This document shows positions 1 to 11,100 of a stretch of DNA of 64,000 nt, piece by piece. This DNA comes from Macrostomum lignano (lineage: Eukaryota). The translations under genes and the position numbers were made by a program. The notes below the pieces were generated by a model that saw only the letters and a program-made list of their open reading frames with translations, searched no databases and had not been told where the DNA came from. Location: contig NIVC01000041.1 in assembly GCA_002269645.1 (NCBI GenBank), positions 598,668-662,667 on the forward strand. The letters are read 5' to 3'. How positions within the stretch are numbered: position 1 is the stretch's first letter; every line of letters begins with the position of its first letter.

Positions 1-495
1 GCACAGAGCGATCAATGAGAAAATATATTGCACACAGAAAAACTGGTTAAAAATTTCATTGCAGCACCAAAGTTCTTTATTTGATTAAAGACAGAAAAAA
101 GCTCTAGAAATAGAAAAGGCCGTGGCCCAAAAATACTGATTCTATAAACTACATTGTTCTCCAGGTGGGGTCATTCTTGCAACTGGAACTTGTTCTCTAG
201 ATGTTCTCCATTGCTGCTGAGTGGGAGGATTGTTCTCCAGATGTGAACTTGCCGTCTCAAGACTGGAACTTGTCTAATGTCATCAGGGTCACATATCATC
301 CCTACCTCATGTCATCTGGGCCACATATCATCCCTACCTCATGTCATCGGGGTCACAGGTACTCAAGGTCACATATCCTCTAATTTGCCTCGTGTCACCC
401 GGGCCACATGCCACTCTCCCAGCAAAGCATCTGCCAACGCCATCACAGCCAATCAATCAAAGTTGCCCAAAAAGCAACCAATTCTAAAGTTGCTT

Positions 496-3306
496 TTATT
501 CCATCGCAGCGTCTAAACAACTTAAACAGCTTATCAGATTCTGCATGGTAACAATTTCGGCTCTCCGACGCATCGCCGATTCGTTGCGACGGCCAGCTGG
601 CCAGCCGATGCGGAGCGGGCAAAACCGGGAACATCCAACTGTTGACGTGGTTTCAGACAGGCAAACCGTCTGTCCAGGAAAGCGGAACGAGTCGATGTCG
701 GGCCGCTTGAACAGGCCCGACTGAAGGCCGTTCCCGAGTTCCAGCAGCCCGTCAAAGATGAGGTCGCAGTCGCGGTACACGAAGAACAGCGGCCTGCGGG
801 TGCCCAAGCAGTGCTGCAGCAGGGACCTGGCGTGGCTGCCTTCACGGCGCAGCTCCTCGAACAGCGGCTCGTCCAGCACAAATAGGAAAATGGTTTGATG
901 AAGCTGCTGCTCCAGTAGCTGCTGCGGGCCGATATTTACTGGCTTCGAATCCAAGTGGCTTAACCTTACTGGAACTTGATCCCTAGCCGTACTCTTACAA
1001 TATCCATTCCATAATTTACATTCCCAGAATCAATCCCCAATCTCGATTCCAAAATCATTAATCCAGACTTCTTCAGCAATCCCTGTTTAAAGAATCCCCA
1101 TTTCCAATTCCAAGCATCCCCAATCCAAATGTCCAGCAGGTCTCACCGACATCACCCAATCAGAGTAGCAAAATCCATCATCTGCAGCGAAGGTCCAGTC
1201 AGTCTCAAAGCAGACATCGTAGGGAATGAGCTCCACGCTGGCGGGCTCCGCACAGGCAATGCATTTGCCCAACTGCGGGTCCAAGTCCGCCAAACTGACG
1301 GCTCCGCTAGCGCAGATGCGCACAGCGGCGCGGCGAAGCATTGGGCCAGCCGGCTGCGCTGGCGGCGGCGCACAGTTCGACGGATTTGCATCTTCGAGCA
1401 GCTCGAACAGAATGACGGCCGCCAGTTCCAGACGATTTCTGTCGATCGATCCGACGAGAAAGCCGCGAACTTGGTTGACAGCCTGCCTGCTGATGTGCTG
1501 CACCAGCTGGTCCTGACATGTGACATGGAAGTTGTATAAAACGTAATGTAATAGCTTAGCAGCACTCTCACACAGCAGCAGTGCAGCACTCTCTCACACA
1601 GCAGCAGTGCAGCACTTTATCACAGCAGCAGTGCAGCACTCTCTCACAGCAGCAGTGCAGCACTCTCTCACACAGCAGCAGTGCAGCACTTTATCACAGC
1701 AGCAGTGCAGCAATCTCTCACAGCAGCAGTGCAGCACTCTCTCACAGCAGCAGTGCAGCACTTTATCACAGCAGCAGTGCAGCACTCTCTCACAGCAGCA
1801 GTGCAGCACTCTCTCACAGCAGCAGTGCAGCACTCTCTCTCAGCAGCAGTGCAGCACTCTCTCTCACAGCAGCAGTGCAGCACTCTCTCACAGCAGCAGT
1901 GCAGCACTCTCTCACAGCAGCAGTGCAGCACTCTCTCACAGCAGCAGTGCAGCACTCTCGCTCAGCAGCAGTGCAGCACTCTCTCTCACAGCAGCAGTGC
2001 AGCACTCTCTCACAGCAGCAGTGCAGCACTCTCTCACAGCAGCAGTGCAGCACTCTCTCACAGCAGCAGTGCAGCACTCTCTCACAGCAGCAGTGCAGCA
2101 CTCTCTCACAGCAGCAGTGCAGCACTCTCTCACAGCAGCAGTGCAGCACTCTCTCACAGCAGCAGTGCAGCACTCTCTCTCACAGCAGCAGTGCAGCACT
2201 CTCTCACAGCAGCAGTGCAGCACTCTCTCACAGCAGCAGTGCAGCACTCTCTCTCACAGCAGCAGTGCAGCACTCTCTCACAGCAGCAGTGCAGCACTCT
2301 CTCACAGCAGCAGTGCAGCACTCTCTCACAGCAGCAGTGCAGCACTCTCTCACAGCAGCAGTGCAGCACTCTCTCACAGCAGCAGTGCAGCACTCTCTCT
2401 CACAGCAGCAGTGCAGCACTCTCTCACAGAAGCAGTGCAGCACTCTCTCTCACAGCAGCAGTGCAGTACTCTCTCACAGCAGCAGTGCAGCACTCTCACA
2501 CAGCAGCAGTGCAGCACTCTCACACAGCAGCAGTGCAGCACTCTCTCATACAGCAGCAGTGCAGCACTCACACACAGCAGCAGTGCAGCACTCGCACACA
2601 GCAGCATATCACACATGACACCATAGCACATCATAGCACTCACCACGCTCATGCCCATTATGGTCTGAAAGTCCAGGTTCTGAACCAAGCCAATGTTGAC
2701 TACAAAATCGTGACCCAACACCGGGTTCTGAAGCCGAGCCAGGTACAACTTGAATAGAGATTCTCCTCTGCTACTGCTGTCGCCCAGAGGAGACTGCAGT
2801 CGCTGTGCCAGCTGCACAGACTTGGCCTCTGCCAGGTGTACAAGACCGGCAAGAGACCCAGACCCGAAGCTGCGCAGGTGGTCGCAGCGCCGCAGGAAGT
2901 CAGCAAACCGAATCAGCTTGCTTGAACGATCTGCAAGATTCTCCTCCCACAGGTGCAGCAGTTTCACCAGGCAGCACCGCAGCTCTGCAAAGTCCTCTGG
3001 CTGCAGCTGGTACAGCTGCTGAACTGTCACCAGCTGGTCCATCAGTTTAACTAACAGCACTTCGCCTCTAAGGCTCATCGCTTCATTGGATGTCAGGTTA
3101 ACAAGACGGAGTATGTCTCCAGTGGATTCACTGTGGACAATGCTGTGCAGCGCACTCAGTAGGTCAGTCAGAATCAGCTTTGATGCTTCGGGTAAATAGC
3201 CAAATAAGGCGAGTGGCAGTGAGCCATGCCTGTCTAAGACCTCATCATCTCTATTGTTGTTGGGTGGCTGCTCCATGTCTGACATTGCTGCAATGTAGAA
3301 TGCCAT
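496..3306 (-). CDS. Unidentified multi-exon protein-coding gene (probable exons 3306-2644, 1512-1147, ~921-496)
   Basis: Three non-repetitive GC-rich, Leu-rich ORF segments on the minus strand. The donor GTGAGT at 2643 and acceptor tcag at 1513 join in phase 0 (MGMSV|DQLVQHIS). Donor GTGAGA at 1146. The acceptor of the last exon is uncertain (ccgcag at 922 keeps phase 0). No family recognised. Confidence 0.5.
1558..2600. repeat. Intronic minisatellite, 24/26-bp unit CACAGCAGCAGTGCAGCACTCTCT, ~40 copies
   Basis: Period 24 read directly from the sequence; lies inside the predicted intron 2643-1513. Confidence 0.95.
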
Positions 3307-3360
3307 TCAAGTTGGTAAGTAAATGGAGTTTTGTCTAAAGCAGATTGGGGTTTACTGTTT

Positions 3361-4045
3361 ACGTAATTCCTGTCCTGTCCAATCCCCACCTAAGGTGTGA
3401 CTGTATTAAAATAAATTCGTGTCCAATCTCTACTAAAGTGGGACTGTATTTACCTAATTCCTGCCCAATATCTACCTAAGGCGTGACTATTAAAATAAAT
3501 TCCTGTCCAATCCCCACCTAAGGTGTGACTGTATTAAAATAAATTCCTGTCCAATCCCCACCTAAGGCGTGACTGTATTAAAATAAATTCCTGTCCAATC
3601 CCCACCTAAGGTGTGACTGTATTAAAATAAATTCCTGTCCAATCCCCACCTAAGGCGTGACCATATTAAAATAAATTCGTGTCCAATCTCTACTAAAGTG
3701 GGACTGTATTTACCTAATTCCTGTCCGATATCTACCTAAGGCGTGACTATTAAAATAAATTCCTGTCCAATCCCCACCTAAGGTGTGACTGTATTAAAAT
3801 AAATTCCTGTCTAATCCCCACCTAAGGCGTGACTGTATTAAAATAAATTCCTGTCCAATCCCCACCTAAGGCGTGACCATATTAAAATAAATTCCTGTCC
3901 AATCCCCACCTAAGGTGTGACTGTATTAAAATAAATTCCTGTCTAATCCCCACCTAAGGCGTGACTGTATTAAAATAAATTCCTGTCCAATCCCCACCTA
4001 AGGCGTGACCATATTAAAATAAATTCCTGTCTAATTTCTACCTAA
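3361..4045. repeat. Minisatellite, ~44-bp unit AAAATAAATTCCTGTCCAATCCCCACCTAAGGTGTGACTGTATT, ~15 copies
   Basis: Period 44 (e.g. tcctgtcc at 3501 and 3545), with variant units. Confidence 0.93.
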
Positions 4046-5191
4046 ATTAAGACTATAATAATTACCTAATTTGTCCCATCTTATTTAAGGCATACTGATG
4101 TTTAACCATATGCTTATATATACATGCCCAACACCCATCTAACCTATTTAAACCAGACAGATAAAATGGCTGCAGGCCAAGGTAAGTCACAAAATCAAAA
4201 ATGCAAAAAACAAAAATTGGGAGAGGGAATAAAGGGGAGGAAAAGAAAAGGAAAAGAAAAGAAGAAGAGTGAGGGGGAAAGAGGAGAAAGAAAGAAAAGA
4301 AAAAAGAAAAGGCAAGAAAAGTCATATACAAAGTGAAAATTAAGTTGCAATTAGGGGAACTAAGTCACAATGGGGTGGAACTAAGTCCCAAATCTGGGCA
4401 AAACTAAGTTGCACTGGATAGGTGAAATTTTGAGGTTTCATGTATATGCTTTTAAATACCAAATGGACAATATTTAATACAAATATGCAGATATTTAAAT
4501 AAAATAAATCAAACAAAATAGAATTTACATGCAAAAAATATAATAAAAAACACTAAAAAATAAGCAACAAAAAATGTATATTATTTTTGCCCAGCAACTT
4601 CAGCAAACTGTAGCAAGTTGCAAAGTAAGTGTACAAAAGCTTATTATAAATAAGAGTACATATACATAGATAAATACAATTTACTTAAGTCTATAGTCTA
4701 TAATATATATTAGTATATATTAATAAGGTCTGAAAGATTGGATCACAACTGGCTTTTATTTAGCATATCAGTTGACTGGCTGAATTGTGTCACTATAAAA
4801 CATGACTTCCATCATAAGACTGCATTAAAACTTAGAATTAATTTGGATTGAATTATTATTGCCTTTTGATTTTCTTGCCAACTTTAATAGAGAAATGATA
4901 TTGACTGAGAAAATTGATTGCATTATATTTGTCTCCTATATGACTTTTACTGACTTGATATGAGAGCAGATTTATAATACAAGTCATATTGATATAGTTC
5001 TTGTCATTGAGTGGTCAAAAGCCAGATTAGACATGAACAGGCTAAAATATTAGGCCTAATATAGCAACCTGCTTTAAAACTTTGATTTTTAGAAGTTCTT
5101 TCAAAGATGAAAATAAAAATTAATAAACAAAACAAAAAAACAAAAACTAACAATAAAAGAGCAATTTTTTAAAGGCAGTGCTTATCCCCAC

Positions 5192-5460
5192 CGAAGAGCT
5201 TGCGTGCACGGCGGCCGTGCATATAGTATAAGAATTGCGTGAACGGCTGCCGTGCACGTAATGTTCTACTTACGTGCACGGCGGCCGTGCATATAATATA
5301 AGAATTGCGTGCACGGCGGCCGTGCATATAGTATAAGAATTGCGTGAACGGCTGCCGTGCACGTAATGTTCTACTTACGTGCACGGCGGCCGTGCATATA
5401 ATATAAGAATTGCGTGAACGGCTGCCGTGCACGTAATGCTATGCTTGCGTGCACGGCGGG
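5192..5460 (+). repeat. Left TIR of the MULE: tandem ~35-bp units with the hairpin TGCACGG-CGG-CCGTGCA
   Basis: Reverse complement of 13608-13770, plus about 105 bp of extra internal units. Confidence 0.9.
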
Positions 5461-8150
5461 CGTGCATAAGATAGGCATTATTTGCGTGAACGACGGATGT
5501 TCTAATTGCATGCACGGTGGCAGCCGTTGCGAATACTTTGGACTTGCACATGTACCATGTATGTACCATGTAAGAAACAATTAACACATAGCAATTTATT
5601 TAAGTGTAATTATACATGTAGACAGTACTAACCATGCAGTTTAAATTGTTACTATATAAGCACTGATGTTCTTCTCTACGTCCCCTGGCCTGATTCGGAA
5701 CGTGAATTCTCGAATTCTCAATTGTTGGACCAAATTATAATGCCGCTGTGCCAGCTTTGCTACAATAGACAAAAGCTCCATTACAGTGTCAAACGAATAC
5801 AGCTCAATAATATTGAAAATTCGCCACCCTTTCGCCCCAGTGAGCAGTGTCTTTCGACCAGCGTCCATCACCTGGCCAACCATTTGGATATAAAAATGCT
5901 TGTGATGAGGACGCACTTTTTCCCAAATCCCGCGCTAGCACATGGACTCTAAACTTACCAGCCTACTAACAGTGGGCAATGGGTATTTTTATCCTTTTTC
6001 TGCGAATTGTCATAGAATCTATACTAGATATAATGTCTGGTCATACTAGTAGTCATAATAACATAGGCGCAGCTTCTTGGGTCATAAATCATCGCTTTCG
6101 AAGCTGGTCTGACAGCCACCTGCGCCTCACTCAGTGTTGAGGCGGGCGCCAGATGGTCTGAGAGGATGCAGGCGGTAGCTTTTTTCTCATCATTTTGACA
6201 GGCCATCAAGATATATGAGGTCAGAGCCTATTGTTCGTGTTCACTCAAGCGTGTGACAGCTTTGACAGCTATGCGTTTTACCCCTAAAAGTACCTTGGGA
6301 TTAGCGATTAGCAATTTCTCTTCATTATCTTCATTATCTATTTAATAAGAGCTTTCTAATGTATATTTTTTCATTAATTTCTGTCAATCCTACGCGAAAA
6401 GTCATAAATCATTTTGTTGCGATTTTGAGTGATTTATGGCCGCACCTGTCATCTTTTTACGACCCTGTGGGAACTGATAGGATCTCTCGGTCACGTGATT
6501 CTGGGTAGCAACAAGCTTAGCCAATCAGAAAATTCGGCGCTCATTTTAACAAAACGGCTCAGCCAATCAGAATCGACGTGTTCCATTATAACAAACTGCG
6601 GTCCAGTTGGCGGCTATTTAAACCGGTGTTTTTGGCCCGCTTGGACCTCAACTTTCCTGGTTCCTGCTCCACCGGCCAGGAACTGACCGTCGTTTCTTGA
6701 TCCCCGGATTATGACTTCTCCCCATCATCATCAAGGACGAGTCCCCCGGTCATCAGCAGCGAACATCAAGTGAAGAGCATCACCTGCTAGCTAACAGCGA
6801 AGATTGTGACCTCAGCATCATCCCGAGTCTACAGCTGCAGAGCGTCAAGCCGATTCGGTCACTGTGGATTACCGATTCTGGATCTGGATTCTGGTCTCCG
6901 GCTGTTGAGTTTCTGATTGGTTGGGTGAGAGGCTACCTAGACTTGCTTGATTGGGTGATCCCTTATCTGTCCCCTGTTTCAGTAGCTGAATTAGGCGCAC
7001 ACTTTTGCTCTTTTTGTTCAGTAGTGCTGTTGCTGAGGCAGAAATCATTCAATAATACTGCTAGTAGTCTAAGACTCCAATTCAATCTGAAGTGTGAAGT
7101 GAACTAAGGAGAAGGTTAAATCTAACAGTTATTTTTATTGGTTTTATTTCTTTGTTCGCCGATGGCTCAGATGAGTAGCTAAGCTAGTAGGCGCCGGTCA
7201 CAGTGGACCAATGGCAAGGCAGTTCTCAGTCGACCAATCTATCAAATCAACGAGCAAAACTGCCAGAAGTGCAGAATCGGCGCCAGAGATGTACTTTGTG
7301 CACTCTAGGGTAGCCAAGCGGCTCGGGTAAATGAATCATGCGGTCTCTGAAGTTCGAGTTAGTCTATCATCAGCGCTATGAGAGGCTAGTTGGCGCGTTG
7401 AAGGCCAAAAGTACATATCTTCGTATTTAGCAATGTAATAGTACATGTAGCTACCCCATAGACTCGCCACCGCAAGAATCCCCTGCACAAGTCCTTTCTG
7501 TACCTGCATGGCCAATGCGATCTAGTCCCAGCAGTGTCCCGTATCATCGGCTATGACTTCGAGATTGACAGCAAAAAGACACTAGTTGGCAGGTAAGTGC
7601 AAAGCCCCTTCTAGTCGGAAGCCCGGTTTCGAGAGTCCCGGTGTGGTGAGCCAGGGCGCACGGGCTGGTGGCAGCAAGTTAGTTGATCTGTGGATTAGCT
7701 AATTTCTACTTTCAAAATTCTCCCTGCTCGTCTCTCGCTGTCCCTCTCTTAGCTATAGGACCTAGACTGCTCGCCACACGATCAAGCTACCATGGGGCTG
7801 ACCATCTGACAGGAGTGGGGGGCCAGGTCTCTAATTGATTTATTTCTGAGCCTGAGGCCCGAAGGCTTCCCTAACAAGGAGCCCGAAGGTCGAAATCCAT
7901 CACTTGAAAAAAACTATTAAAACCGGGCGGTAGCTTTAATCCATCCAATCTTCGCCCTCCGCTCTTCCCTATCTTTTCACCCAGCCCAACTCTGCGTCGT
8001 GTGGCCATAGCGCAAGTTGCGTCACTGAAAAGTCAATACTGAGCTAGAATTTAATGCGCACAAAGGTGGCGACTTTTTAATGTTGTTGAGTGTATATTAA
8101 AGCAATTGGAAAAATTATAACTTACAGAAAAGGTGACCATTGCAAAATGG

Positions 8151-11100
8151 CTACTTGGAAATTATTGCATGATTGTAGTGTGTATTTTCCAAAACTGCGC
8201 AATAACTACAATAAAATGCCTGAACTTGCAAGCTGTGAACAAAAAGATCGAGAAAAATAGCTGGGTCACAATCACATACACGCACACACACACCAAGTAC
8301 TAATTAACTGTGTACAGTAGCTATTGCTGTTATTACAACATAGAAAGTGAATTGTTACTTGAAAGGCTTGTGATCACAAAACGCTTTGTCTAGCGCAGTC
8401 AAAATGATGCCACAACTGGCACGAGTCACAAAGGATAGAACGGCCACTTGATAGCTCTTTACGACAGCTTCCACAAAAGTGCTGGGGCGCACGCAGGGAT
8501 TTCGTTATCATTTGCAGCAGTCGAGTTGTATCGACGTAATTGACCAGAAGTGCGACAGAACTACTGACATCTTCTTCGATGAACTGAGACGGAAGGTTAT
8601 GAACCTCGACAGGCGCAACAGGCTCGCCTCCCTTCATAAGAGCATCAGCGCGCCGAGAGTCAAAAAGCCAGGTTAACATGGCTACAAAGTTACAAATCAT
8701 ATAGCTCGTAGTCATTTAAAGGAATGCAGCAACCAAAAAGCAGAGCATATAAAAACCGATTTATACTTACTTTTGACTTTATTTTTGTTGTCCAGTTCGG
8801 AGAACGCACGAGGTCCGCGAAGGCGTCTTCTCTTGATTCCAGTTACAGTCGTATCAGAACCTCTCGGTCGACCTCGTCGCTTACAGGCAGCTGGAAGTGA
8901 CAAGCCTGCCAATCGCTCAGCCTCAGCACGACGCTCAGCTTCGGCGAGTCGCTCAGCTTCGGTGAGTCGCTCAGCTTCGGCGAGTCGCTCAGCTTCGGCG
9001 AGTCGCTCAGCTTCGGCGAGTCGCTCAGCCTCCAGACGCTTAGCTTCGGCGAGTCGCTCAGCTTCGGCGAGTCGCTCAGCCTCCAGACGCTTAGCTTCGG
9101 CGAGTCGCTCAGCTTCGGCGAGTCGCTCAGCTTCGGCGAGTCGCTCAGCTTCGGCGAGTCGCTCAGCCTCAGCACGACGCTTAGCTTCGGAGAGTCGCTC
9201 AGCTTCGGCGAGTCGCTCAGCCTCCAGACGCTCAGCTTCGGCGAGTCGCTCAGCTTCGGCGAGTCGCTCAGCTTCGGCGAGTCGCTCAGCCTCAGCACGA
9301 CGCTTAGCTTCTGCGAGTCGCTGAGCCTCAGCACGACGCTTAGCTTCGGCGAGTCGCTCAGCTTCGGCGAGTCGCTCAGCTTCGGCGAGTCGCTCAGCTT
9401 CGGCGAGTCGCTCAGCTTCGGCGAGTCGCTCAGCCTCAGCACGACGCTTAGCTTCTGCGAGTCGCTGAGCCTCAGCACGACGCTTAGCTTCGGCGAGTCG
9501 CTCAGCTTCGGCGAGTCGCTCAGCTTCGGCGAGTCGCTCAGCTTCGACGAGTCGCTCAGCTTCAGCGAGTCGCTCAGCCTTATCACGACGCTCAGCTTCG
9601 GCGAGTCGTTCAGCTTCGGCGAGTCGCTCAGCTTTGGCGAGTTGCGCTGCTTCCTGTTGTTTGGTCCTGGCCTGTTGTTCTGAATCGACCAGTCGCTCGG
9701 TGTTCTCTGTTCTCTTAAATGAAAGCCGAACAGCAACTAAAAAATACTTTGCAAGCTTTGCAACTTTTAACCCAATAACATATATGGCCGCAATACTTAC
9801 CCCCAGGAGCGCATCAATGTCGAATGTGTCAAAAACATTGTCGTCAGATGTGCTTGTCCGGTCTCCTTGAGGCAGGTGTTGGAGTGGTTCGCGTCGGAGT
9901 GGCTCACTCTGAATTTCGATACCGAGAGCCGTACCTTCCTTCCAGGCTTGCAGCACGTACTCCAAGAGCGATATTCGCCTGTTAAATTCAGTCATCCCTA
10001 CGGATGACGCGACCTGTGCCAGTTCGATGCAAACTGAGTGAGCCTTGCGAAATTTCTGCGTCTCCGTCAAAACCCGCTTCTCCTTTTTCTCAGTCGTATG
10101 GACAGTAACGGAGCTGTCGGTTGATGGCATTTCTGTCACGGAAAGCCAGTAACGTTGCAGCCACCTCTGTGGAACTAAGTTCTCATGAAACAATGGAAGG
10201 AGCTCCTGCTCCCTGAGTCGCAGAATATGCCTGCATGGCAGCAGAAAAGCATTAAAAGCGGCGCACTGGCACGACTGCCTGGTAACTGAAAGAATGCCTT
10301 CCCGGTTTTTTGACAGTCCATCATTGACAGTAGTTGATGAAATGTGCCCAGCTTCCTTCTGAACATGTGCAAAGGCATACGGTGTGAGTACTCGGTAGTA
10401 TGAGTACAGAAAACTTGTGCGCGGCGGCGGTGGCATTGGTCTGTTCAGTGCATCAAATGATTGATGATTCAGCTCCTCGTCGGTTGCTCGAAGCACGAGG
10501 AGAAGGTCGCCAACGAAGGACGTCATCTCTGCATTGCGCCCAGTGACACCTTTCACCCGTCGATGGAAGCTTTCTAGTCGCTGAGTACCGGTCAAGCCAA
10601 TGTTCATGCTGAGCTTTGTGTAGCACCACGCCCACTGTTGCCTGCAGCCATACCAGTTTTTGTCGAAATACTCCATAAATCTCGGCGATCCCAAATGCTG
10701 CAGTTCGCTGTAAAGGCTTTCAAACTTCGCTTGCGTTGCTGAGTGGACCATTTTTTGGAGATTCTCAATGATTGCATTTTTCTGAGATGCCGTGATGCCC
10801 ATTTGGCTTTCCGTCACCTGGCGCCTGAAGGTGCGTAAAACGTGAAATTGACATAAATTTGCCTCGGCATTCGAGAAACACTGAGTCAGTATTTTCAGCG
10901 CTGTCAAATCTTTATCAACTAACAGGGATCGGACCTTGTCACATGATTTAAAAGTACGTTGAAAAAAATTTATAGCAGTAGTCACAGTATCTGCTTCTTC
11001 ATTTGCCGTTAGGATGACTGCCACTACTCGACTATTGCCATTACCATCAACAACCATCGGCAAGAACAGTGGCATATTACGGTTGTTGACCTTATAGGTA

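Noticed and set aside
1581-2757. 339-358-aa ORFs (QQQCSTLS, SSSAALSH) and their antisense partners
   Set aside because: Translations of the 24-bp intronic minisatellite.
5192-5460. CRISPR-like look of palindromic repeats with spacers
   Set aside because: The spacers are themselves repeated, there are no cas genes, the context is eukaryotic, and the repeats are explained as transposon TIRs.
5169-5587. Short ORFs with MHGRRARNSY repeats (also 13635-13829)
   Set aside because: Translations of the MULE TIR units.
8773-9736. Alternative-frame ORFs (SASRSASA on +, LSDSPK on -)
   Set aside because: Shadow frames of the AERLAE coding repeat; only the transposase frame connects to real domains.
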